64,000 bases of DNA from Leucoraja ocellata (lineage: Eukaryota). This document shows, piece after piece, positions 47,201 through 58,300 of this stretch. Each line of letters begins with the position of its first letter. Within the stretch, counting starts at the first letter, position 1. A model generated the notes under the pieces. The model made no database searches, had not been told where the DNA came from, and was given only the letters and a program-made list of their open reading frames with translations. The DNA lies in contig JAWMAR010000070.1 of NCBI GenBank assembly GCA_036785375.1, positions 4,216,001-4,280,000 of the forward strand, in the 5' to 3' direction. The position numbers and the translations under genes were made by a program.

Positions 47201-50200
47201 AAAGCGCTTCCCAGCCAATGTGGGTGTGAATGGTGAAGAATGATGCATTGAACACGGAGCCTGTTGCAATTGGAAGGCGCTGTCTAGGGAGTCTTGGTGA
47301 GTTGCTGCAGTGCATCGTGCAGATGGTGTAAACTGCTGCTGCTCTGCATCAGCGGGGGAGGTTGAGGATGGGGTGTCTATCAAGCGCGATTCTGGGTCAT
47401 GACAGACCAAGGACAAGTGTTCAGCAAAACTGTGGCCTAGGGCAGTGCTTCTTAAACTGATAAATGGTCCACCCAAGGGTGAATTAGATTATTTTGGGGT
47501 GAATGAGTTAATTTATGGGTTTTTTTGCTCATGTGACAAAATAATTTATCTATAAAATTATACACAAGGGAGAATAAGATGAATATTACCAAAAAAACAT
47601 AAGGGCATTTAGTAGAGGTTGAAGGAAATTTTGTGATAAAGACTCAAGGGTGAATGACACTGAAATAGTTTAAGATGCACTGGCCTTGGCTGCACTTGTT
47701 CTCACTGATGTAAACCATTCACACTCTCTTCTGGACTTCCAATCTGAGCGTCTCGACACCTACCGGGAGTTTCATTCCAAAATTATCTTTGACAAAAGTA
47801 AGGGTTATACTTGATGGAGTGACGGCCAAGTAGATTCCAAATTAATTTTTTGAGATTACTGGAGTTCCAGTGATTCTCACAAATTAACAGTTAAAATCAT
47901 GAACATGATCATGCAATTGCACATTAGACAGGTCTAAAGACGAGTTTCGGCCCGAAGATAGATGCTTCTGCACCCGCTCAGTTTCTCCAGCACTTTTGTA
48001 TACCATGAAATTATACATCCCTATTTAAAAATGATGATGGATCAAATATAATTAATTTGGTTGCATTCTCTGTCTCAAAGTGACTGTGAGATCTTAAGCG
48101 GCAGAAGGCAGAATTTGGTGGAATGCTCTCAACCCGTTGTGATAAGTGCAGGTCTTTCTCTCCTTTTGAAGCTCAACACCTCCCAGGTGAAAGCAACAGG
48201 CAATTATTTGCCAGCGCCCCAAACAAATTCTCGCTTTTACGCCATGAGCTCACGGTGGCTGCAATGATGCCGCCTTCAAATACCTAGAAACCCACGACCA
48301 TCACCACAAGGTGAAAAGCAGCAGCTACAAGAACACGAGAGGAATTATGAAACAATATTCCCACGGGAAAATAACACTCACCTGTATTGTTCATTTCTGT
48401 CACATAACTGCACGTTCCTTCTCCTTTGAAGACTTTCACTTTGAGTATTTCACTGTATTTTGGCCCATGATTATTTGAGGCTGTGCAGTAATATTGACGG
48501 TGTTGACCTTCGAGGATTTCACACCTCAGATCCAGTTGATTGCCAGACAAGATCGGTGTCCACCCATGCTCGTTCTTCTCAAACCATGTGTAATAGATGG
48601 GAAGGGATCCACGGACAGACTCACACGACACTGACACTGAGCCTCCGAGACGTGAGGCATTTGCTGGTGACAGATATCTGAGCACAGGAGCAGACACGGG
48701 TTCTGTGGGAATGGAGCAAACATTCGGTCACCTGTATGAACAGTTAAACACCAAACACATGCTAAATCTCAGCAGCCCTTTATCTCAGCCCGAACCGTCC
48801 GGTTGATATCTCACCGGCTCATCTACATCTCTGTGAGTGTGCGAAGCCCAGAAACTGAAGAAGGTTAGAGTTATAGAGAACCGAAAGATGCCCATCACAA
48901 CAGCTCATTCATGCCGACCAACATGTCTTTCTAGGCCATTTCCATATGTCCACGTTTTTCCCTTATCACGCGCAATGATCCCAATCTACTCAAGTCCAAA
49001 ATGTATTTTAACTGCTGTTATTCTAACTGCATCAACAACTTCCTCTGGCATCAGGTTCCATATAAATATCACCCAATGTGTGGACAATGTTGTCCCTCAG
49101 AACAGAAGTTGGGATGTTATGTTTCAGTTGTATATATGTTGTTGAGGTCGAACGTGGGCGAATTGTGATCAGCTTCGGCCACTCATCTGTACAAAACATG
49201 CCATTACGGTCAATGGCACCTTGTTATTCCCCGTCTTTCAATAGTTCCCATTGCGTCCGTCCTCCACTTCCTCATCCCACACATCGTGGGAAAATGAACA
49301 TGCTTCTCGTGATTGATACATTTCTATAAGTTCCTCGCTCAATCATTTCCACGTCAAGGAATGAAGTCTGAGTTTGCCCAATCGCTCCCTGCGTCAATCA
49401 CATCCTGTCCAAGCAGCGTCGCCCTAAAACCTTTCTGCACGCCGTCCACCTCAACGGCACTTTTCTTGGAGCTGACGGACTAAAGCTGAACACAATTCCC
49501 AAATGGGCGGACTCAACATCTGCACGTCTGAAGCAGATTATCTCAAATTATAATTACATAGGAGCAGGAGCAGGCAGCATCTCTCGAGAGAAGGAATGGG
49601 TGACATTTCGAGTCGTGACCCTTCTTCAGCCTGAGAGCCACGAGGAAGGGAGACAGAAGAGAAAAGAAAGGATAAGGTGTGAAAACAAGTGATCAAGGTG
49701 AAAAATGTAAAAGGAACATGTAGACTCGATAATTGTCAGCTGAAGGGAAAGTGCCAACGAGGCAAACAATCAGCCAAATATCATCAAAATGTCTTTGAAT
49801 CTAATGGGGGGGGGGGGGGGGGGGGGGGAGGAGGAGGAGTAAAGCAAGGGTTACTTGAAGTTAGAGGTCAATATTCAACCAAGTGGAGGAGGTCCAGGAC
49901 AGAAAGATCAGTTTGGGAATGGGAGGGGTATTGAAGTGTTTAGCAATCAGGAAGTAACGTAGGCCGAGGCAGAGTGAGCAGAGTTGATCAGCGAAACGAT
50001 CGCCGAGTCTGGGCTTGGCCTAGACGACATATAGGAGTTCACACCTGGAACAGTGGATATAGTAGACGAGTTTGGAGGAGATGCAAGTGAACTTCTGCCT
50101 CACCCGAAAAGACTATTGTAGTCCTTGGACGGCGTAGAGGGGGGACGTGTATGGACAGGTGTTGCATCCGCTGCAGTTGCTGGGGACCGGGTGGTTTGGG

Positions 50201-52676
50201 TGGGAAAGGACGAGTTGACCAGGGAGTTGCGGAGGGAACGGTCACTTCGGAAAGCAAAAAGCGGTGGAGATGGAAAGATGTGGCTAGTTGTGGGATCCCG
50301 TTGTAGGTGGTGAAAATGTCGGAGGATTATATGCTGTGTGCGACGGCTGATGGGGTGAAAGATTAGTTTATTCTGCTTACCACCAGGGAAATGTCCGGGT
50401 GGAGAGGCTGGCTGGTTGCCGGGCGGAGGGTGGACAGTGGCTGCTGGGGGTGGGGGCGCATTGACGGGGCAGAGGGAGTGAAAGAGAGCGCGCGGGGTAG
50501 GGAGGGAATGACTGATCCCTGAGGTGGGGTCGGGGAGCGGGCTGACCTGCCCCGGGAGGACTGAACGCAGTCTGTTGAGCTCTGGGGACTGATGCCATGT
50601 TTATTATTCTCCGGGTATTCAGACCCCGAGCAACACTTGTTCCTCACTGATCTGTCGGATAATTAGTTTGAGTCGGAATGCAAACCTCTGACAGGGTGAC
50701 ATTCATACAGTTCAGAGGCAGGGAAATGTGTTGAACATCCCACTTGAAGTGGGTGGCCGCTCAGTGGGACAGAGCCCGCACTGGGTGAGAGCAACATGAG
50801 TGGGGTTTCCCGACCCCCGCCCGCTCCCCGCAGGTCTCTGCACTGCTGCGGAGCCTCGGGAAATCGGTGCTGCCCTGATTCTTCCCGGAGAAAACATGGA
50901 TCAGGCATTTCAGTGGAGACGTCAAGTCAATCGCTGCGAAACGTACCGTCAGATACTCGGAGATGTACGATAAAAAATGGATGGGCGAGTGATGTTGTAA
51001 TTCCACATTTGTACCATCCTGCATCTCCAGAGTGAAGATCCTCCACAGTCACAGTAAATATTCCTCGTGTCGGGTTATCTGTGATTGACACTCTTCCACT
51101 CCGTCCGTGTTGCGCATTAGTTTCCACCAACACTGTACATTGGCGACTCCTCCCACGGCACCAGTATTTTGTGTGTGAGCGGTACTCTGCTGCATAGTGA
51201 CAATCGATTGTGATCGCACTTCCCACAACTCCTCTTATATCCCCCTCTCCCCACACTGAACCTGAAACTGAGAGGAGAAACATTCAGATGGAGAGCAAAG
51301 GAACTGTTTAATGGAAATAGATACATTTCGAAGATTACATGAAAGAAAACTTAAATCGTTCCACGATGTGTCATATTGCTTCACGGCCAATGTCCCCGGT
51401 CTGAAGTGCAGACAGTGCTGTTATTGAACCAGTTGTGTCAGTGTTCTGTCCCCGGGTCAGTACAATTTGGATTCACTTCCCACTCCAGATCCCTGAGCAG
51501 AAACTGGGCTGGGATCGCAGTGCGGTACCGAGGGAGCGCGGCAGTGTTGCAGGAGCTGCCTTTCAACAATCCCAGGCGGTGCCCTGCCTCTCACCCCACA
51601 GAAATACCCCACTTTGCTATTTCATTGGCGGTGCCGCCGGCTGCGCTGCCAAAATTCATCTCTCAACCGTCACTGGGCCAGACCCGTGTTTAAACATTCA
51701 CCGCCTTTACAACGCCCTGACTGAGGACAGGGGACGGACGGGTTACAATATAGCGGGTCCCTTACTGGAGAGCGTTACAAGCGTGAAAACGCACACCGCC
51801 AGATTCAGGGACAGTTTCATCCCAGCTGTTATCAGGCATCTCAATCATCCTACCACAAACAGAGAGCGGTGCTGAACTCCCATCTACCTCTCTGATGACC
51901 CTCGGACTACCCTTGATCGGACTTTGCTGGCTTTACCTTACACTAAACGTTATTTCCTTTTCATGTATATATGCACTGTAAGATGATCGATAACAATCAT
52001 GGATTGTCTTGTTGAGTTAGCTCGCAACAAAAACGCTTTTCACTCTACGTCGGTACAAGTGACAACACGTGACAATAAACTAAACTGAATTTGGAAACCG
52101 CTGGTCATCTGGGACAGGTTCTATTCCCAATGACCCCGGATCGCCTTGGACCTTTCAGCACGACTCGGCCGCGGATTGGAGAGAGGATGGAGAGAGATTT
52201 GGGAGCGGGTGGATAGAGGGAGGAGAGTGGTTCAGTCTCATATTCCGGGCAATTGTTGGGTTTACGACAGAGTTTAGTTGGACAAATGCAGGGAATATTT
52301 GAACTGACACAATGAGTCCACAATCGTGACTTCCGCCTCAGTTGTAAACACATTTTGTTAATGTAGAATTAACGTCCTGGTGATGTTGGAACCTCTGTTC
52401 TTCGGTCCAGGTGTCTTGGAGTATCTGTTCCAAATTTATTCGCTATTTTATGCCTTTCATCAATACTCGAACAAAGTCTAGATATTCAAATATGAATTCA
52501 GATCCATCACCACAATGCACTGAGTTCCATTTTCCCCATTACATGTCTACACACACATAACCATCTGTGCTGTGGAAAGGGTGCACGGGACCCCAACTAA
52601 CATTGATCATTGGAATATCAACATCTGGCTTTCACTCACCCGGCAGCGAGGAGATGAGAAGAATGGGAATCCACAT
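38139..52676 (-). CDS. Gene C: activating-type MDIR-like receptor L-V-C2-V-C2-(stalk in gap)-charged TM-short tail; one frameshift in domain 4
   Basis: Exons 52640-52676, 50947-51267, 48382-48702, 46696-47013, 44633-44952 (320 nt), 41109-41199 and 38139-38264. Continuity depends on the scaffold join at the gap. Confidence 0.72.
38615..41060 (+). mobile_element. CR1 LINE, 5'-truncated, many frameshifts (paralog of 55812-58250)
   Basis: Fragmented ORFs with CR1 RT motifs [25 protein letters not shown] and FADD. Confidence 0.9.
41109..41199 (-). CDS. Gene C charged transmembrane exon ([30 protein letters not shown])
   Basis: 91 nt, canonical splice sites. Confidence 0.8.
43540..43739. other. 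Assembly gap (200 N)
   Basis: Run of N. Confidence 1.
44633..44952 (-). CDS. Gene C Ig C2 exon (domain 4) with a 1-nt deletion near 44640
   Basis: gtgccgtgatttt versus gtgccgttgatttt in B and D. 320 nt instead of 321. Confidence 0.85.
46696..47013 (-). CDS. Gene C Ig V exon (domain 3)
   Basis: 318 nt, [11 protein letters not shown]. Confidence 0.9.
47443..47682. mobile_element. hAT-type MITE (paralog of 29505-29745)
   Basis: Same TIRs and same insertion site. Confidence 0.75.
48382..48702 (-). CDS. Gene C Ig C2 exon (domain 2)
   Basis: 321 nt, open, canonical splice sites. Confidence 0.9.
50947..51267 (-). CDS. Gene C Ig V exon (domain 1)
   Basis: 321 nt, two codons longer than gene B in the FG (CDR3-like) loop. 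Confidence 0.9.
52640..52676 (-). CDS. Gene C leader exon ([12 protein letters not shown])
   Basis: ATG at 52676, donor g|gtgagt. Confidence 0.85.
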
Positions 52677-53372
52677 TGTTTCATCCATAGTGACAAGGCC
52701 AGCACTTGTCTGTCTGTCGCTCAGCTCTGAGCTCTCAGATACACCCGCATCTCTCAAATAGCAATGAGGAAGAAGGGAACAGGAAGTCACACCGTGAACC
52801 ACAGCGAGCCAGCAGCAGCTCGACACGATATAGTGTGAAATGCTCAGGGTTATATTTAGCAAATGGTTGGGTCAGTTGTTCACAGAGTCATCCAGCAGGA
52901 AACAAGCCCTTTTCCCCAAGCGTTAAACCAATATGCTCATCCAAGTTGGTCAAATTTGCCCCAAACCTTCCCTATCAATGACCCTGTCCAAGGGCCCATT
53001 ACATATTGTTATTGCAGCTGCTTCAACCACTTCGTCAGGTATGATGTATCCGCAAGGATGGAGCGGCGGTTGTCTCTGTACTCAGAGTCTGTTAACACTG
53101 AACAGTGGTGGAAATAATGACAGACAAAAAAATGCAGGAGCAACTCTGCGGGCCCGGCAGCACCTCTGGAGAGAATGGATAGGTGACGTTTCGGGTCCGG
53201 ACCCTTCATGTAAACAATGATACGTTACATAAAATATGATATTTAGAAGAGTAGAAACGTCTAAGATGTGTACAATTTCTGATCATTCCCTTTTGATGAT
53301 TTTGTAAGTGGACCGGCAGATCAAAAATATAATCATTGGAACTTTTGTTGTGGCATATCGCTGTTGACAAGG

Positions 53373-54850
53373 TGGATAACTCACGTGTATCTATTTTATA
53401 CTACATCCGCCACGCATCTGCCCACTCACTCAACCTGTCCAGGTCACCCTGCAACCTCCTAACATCCTCCTCACAGTTCACACTGCCACTCAGCTTTGTG
53501 TCATCCGCAAACTGGCTAGTGTTGCTTCTAATTCCCTCTTCCAAATCATTAATATATATGGTAAACAGTTTCAGCCCCAACACCGAGCCTTGCGGCACTC
53601 CATTCGCCACTGCCCGCCATTCTGAAAAGGACCCGTTCGCTCCTTCTCTTTGCTTCCGGCCTGCCAACCAATTTTCTACCCATGTCAACACCCTTCCCCC
53701 AATACCATGTGCTCTCATTTTAGTCACCAGTCTCCCGTGCGGGACCTTATCAAAGGCTTTCTGAAAGTCTAGTTACACTACATCCACTGGCACCCCTTCA
53801 TCCATTTTACTCGTCACATCCTCAAAAAATTCCAGAAGATTAGTCAAGCATGATTTCCCTTTCATAAGTCCATGTTGACGTGGACTAATCCTTTTACTGC
53901 TATCCAAATGTACCATTATTACCTTTTAATAATTGACTCCAGCATCTTTCCCACCACCGAAGTCAGGCTACCTTGTCTGTAATTCCCCGTTTTCTCTCTC
54001 GCTCCTTTCTTGAAAAGTGGGACAGCACTAGCTATCCTCCAGTCCACAGGAACTAATCCTGAATCTATTGAACATTGGAAAATGATCACCAATGAGTCCA
54101 CTATTCATAGAGTCGCCTCCCGGAGGACCCTGGGATGCAGACAATCAGGCCCAGGGGATTTTTCATCCTTCAGTCCCATGAGTCTACCCAATACTATTTC
54201 TCGCCTAATTAAAATGTCTTTCAGTTCCTCTAACCCCTTAGATCATGTGTCCTCCAGTACATCTGGGAGATTGTTTGTGTCTTCCTTAGTGTAGACAGAT
54301 CCGAAGTACCTGTTCAACTCGTCTGTCATTTCCTTGTTGCCCATAAAAATTTCACCCGTGTCTGCCTTCAAGGGACCCACATTTGACTTTGCTACTCTTT
54401 TTCCCTTAACATATCTAAAGAAGCTTTTACTGCCCTTCTTTATATTACTGGCCAGCATCCCCTCGTACTTCATCTTTTCAGCCCGTATTGCCCGTTTTGT
54501 TTCCTTCTGTTCTCCTATGAAAGTGTTCCTATCCTCTGGCGTACGGCTACTCTTTGCTGTGTTACACTTCTTTTCTTTTAGTTTTATTCTATCCGTAACT
54601 TCTCTTGTCAGCCACGGTTGCCTCCTACTCCCCTTAGAATCTTTCTTCCATTTTGGAATGAAATGATCCTGCGTCTTCCGGATTATGCCCAGAAATTCTT
54701 GCCATTGCGGTTTCACCGTCATTCCTGCTAGGATCCCTTTCCAGTCTACTTTGGCCAGCTCCCCTCTCATGCCTTCATAGTCCCCTTTGTTTAACTGCAT
54801 TAGTGACACTTCCGATTTAACGTTCTCCTTCTCAAATAGCAGATTAAAAC
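53373..54850 (-). mobile_element. CR1 ORF2 internal fragment (different subfamily, no 3' tail)
   Basis: ORFs 54243-54896, 53919-54101 and 53401-53727 with PWLTRE, GVPQGSVLG and FADDTKL. Confidence 0.88.
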
Positions 54851-55370
54851 GCTCGACTAAATTCCAGAGAAACTTCTTCACAGTCCACCACACCATTAAG
54901 TTTTCATTTTCAAAACGTGTCGTTGCATAATTTGGGTCTAATGGGATAGCATAGTCTGAAAGATTAATTGAATGCCTTCTCTAAACGCCTTTAATGTTTG
55001 GCAACAAGAGGAATATCAAGCAGTCTAATCAAAACAAATTAGACAAACCGTTTATTGACAACAACCATTTATTAAGAAGCATTCTGTTGCATTATTATTC
55101 ATTAATCTGTGAAACAAAATCCAGGAAATTGTATGCATTTAATATAGTATAACAGAGTATAAAACTCTGAAGCAGCAGAAACCACGCAAAGGTTAAAACA
55201 ATAGTTCGAAGCTGACGAAAGAAACCTTGGAAGAGTTGGCAAAAATTAAGATGGTGCAAGCTAGGAGTCTTCATTGAAATTCGTGGGTCGAGTGGCGAGG
55301 TTCTGTGTCATCGCGTCTCTGCAAAAGACAATGTGAAGTCATCAGACAGACTGACAGTGGGAACCACGCT

Positions 55371-58300
55371 TTATTTGTCTCGACCACTGCCAACACATTG
55401 CTGTCTGCAAGATGCATAGAGATTTGGTTTAACCTCAGGATATGAAAACGTGCACGATTTTTGTTTCTATCGATGGACAGGATATATGAAAGCATTAATG
55501 GAAACCGTTTGGAAACACTCGGCGAAGAGAAGGGATTGCTTTGGGCGAATCCCTTCTGGTGAATCTATGGATTTCATTGCCACAGGAGGCTGTGGAGGCC
55601 AAGTTAATTCACACCGGAGATGCTGCCTGTCCCGCTGAGCTACTCCAGCATTTTTGTATCTGTCCAAATCAATTGATATTTTTAAGGCGGAGATTTTCAT
55701 TTTCTTGATAAATAAGGATGTCAATGGCTATGGGGAGAAGGCAGGTGAATGGGATCGAGAGAGAAGGATAGATCAGCCGTGATTGGCGGCCGATTAGATA
55801 TGATGAGCTGATTGGAGGAAGTGGATTTCTTGGAATGTATGCAGGATAGTTTTCTAAACCAACATGTAGAGGAACCTACGGGAGAGCAGGCTATTCTAGA
55901 CTGAGTATTGAATAATGAGGAAGGGTTATTTAGAAGTCTTGTTGTGCGTGGCCCCTTGGGCAAGAGTGACCATAATATGGTTGAGTTCTTCATTAGGATG
56001 GAAAGTGACATTGTTAATTCAGAAACAAGGGTCCTGAACTTAAAGAAAGGTAACTTTGAGGGTATGAGATGTGAATTGGCCAAGATAGACTGGCAATTGA
56101 TTCTAAATGGGTTGACGGTGGATATGCAATGGAAGGCATTTAAAGACTGCATGGATGAACTACAACAATTGTTCATCCCAGTTTGTCAAAAAAAATAAAT
56201 CAGGGAAAGTAGTGCATCCGTGGATAACAAGGGAAATCAGGAATAGTATCAAAACAAAAGATGAAGCGTACAAATTAGCCAGAAAAAGCAGCCTACCAGA
56301 GGACTGGGAGAAATTCAGAGGCCAGCAGAGGAGGACAAAGGGCTTAATTAGGAAAGGGAAAATAGATTATGAAGGAAAACTGGCAGGGAACATAAAAACT
56401 GACTGCAAAAGCTTTTATAGATATGTGAAGAGAAAAAGATTAGTTCAAACAAATGTAGGTGCCTTGAAATCAAAAACAGGTGAATTGATCATGGGGAACA
56501 AGGACATGGCAGACCAATTGAATAACTACTTTGGTTCTGTCTTCACTGAGGAAGACATAGATAATCTGCCGGAAATAGCAGGGGACCGGGGGTCAAATGA
56601 GATGGAGGAACTGAGTGAAATCCAGGTTAGCCGGGAAGTGGTCTTAGGTAAATTGAATGGATTAAAGGCCGATAAATCCCCGGGGCCAGATAGGCGGCAT
56701 CCCAGAGTACTTAAGGAAGTAGCCCCAGAAATAATAGATGCATTAGTGAAAATTTTTCAAAACTCTTTAGATTCTGGAGTAGTTCCTGAGGATTGGAGGG
56801 TAGCTAATGTAACCCCACTTTTTAAAAATGGAGGGGGAGAGAAAACGGGGAATTACAGACCAGTTAGTCTAACATCGGTAGTGGGGAAACTGCAAGAATC
56901 AGTTATTAGAGATGGGATAGCAGCACATTTGGAAAGTGGTGAAATCATTGGACAAAGTCAGCATGGATTTATGAAAGGTAAATCATGTCTGACAAATCTT
57001 ATAGAATTTTTCGAGGATGTAATTAGTAGAGTGGATAAGGGAGAACCAGTGGATGTGTTATATCTGGACTTTCAGAAGGCTTTCGACAGGGTCCCACATA
57101 AGAGATTAGTATACAAACTTAAAACACACGGTATTGGGGGTTCAGTATTGATGTGGATAGAGAACTGGCTGGCAGACAGGAAGCAAAGAGTTGGAGTAAA
57201 CGGGTCTTTTTCACAATGGCAGGCAGTGACTAGTGGGGTACCGCAAGGCTCAGTGCTGGGCCCCCAGCTATTTACAATATATATTAATGATTTGGACGAG
57301 CGGATTGAATGCAACATCTCCATGTTTGCGGATGACACGAAGCTGGGGGGCAGTGTTAGCTGTGAGGAGGATGCTAGGAGGCTGCAAGGTGACTTGGATA
57401 GGCTGGGTGAGTGGGCAAATGCATGGCAGATGCAGTATAATGTGGATAAATGTGAGGCTATCCACTTTGGTGGCAAAAACAGGAAAGTAGACTTATATCT
57501 GAATGGTGGCCGATTAGGAAAGGGGGAGATAGAACGTGACCTGGGTGTCATGGTACACCAGTCATTAAAAGTAGGCATGCAGGTGCAGCAGGCAGTGAAG
57601 AATGCGAATGGTATGTTAGCATTCATAGCAAAATGATTTGAGTATAGGAGCAGGGAGGTTCTACTGCAGTTGTACAGGGTCTTGGTGATACCACACCTGG
57701 AGTATTGCGTACAGTGTTGGTCTCCTAATCTGAGGAAAGACATTCGTGCCATAGAGGGAGTACAGAGAAGGTTCACCAGACTGATTCCTGTGATGTCAGG
57801 ACTTTCATATGAAGAAAGACTGGATGGACTCGGTTTGTACTCGCTAGAATTTAGAAGATTGAGGGGGATCTTATAGAAACTTGCAAAATTCTTAAGTGGT
57901 TGGACAGGCTAGTTACAGGAAGATTGTTCCCGATGTTGGGGAAGTCCAGAACAAGGGGTCACAGTTTAAAGATAAGGGGGAAATCTTTTATGAGATGAGG
58001 AAAACCTTTTTCACACAGAAAGTGGTGAATCTCTGGAATTCTCTGCCGCAGAAGGTAGTTGAGGCCAGTTCATTGGCTATATTTAAAAGGGAGTTAGATG
58101 TGGCCCTTGTGGCTAAAGGGACCAGGGAGTATGGAGAGATGGCAGGTACAGGATTCTGAGTTGGATGATCAGCCATGCTCATATTGAATGGCGGTGCAGG
58201 CTCGAAGGTCCGAATGGTCTACTCCTGCGCCTATTTTCTACGTTTCTATGGCCTAATTCTGCTCTTATAATTTATGAACATGATGACAGTAAACCCTACC

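Noticed and set aside
14791-51267. V exons as rearranging Ig/TCR V segments
   Set aside because: Each exon includes its own G strand and ends in a splice donor. I saw no heptamer-spacer-nonamer at the 3' ends; cacagtg at ~15094 is inside the coding sequence.
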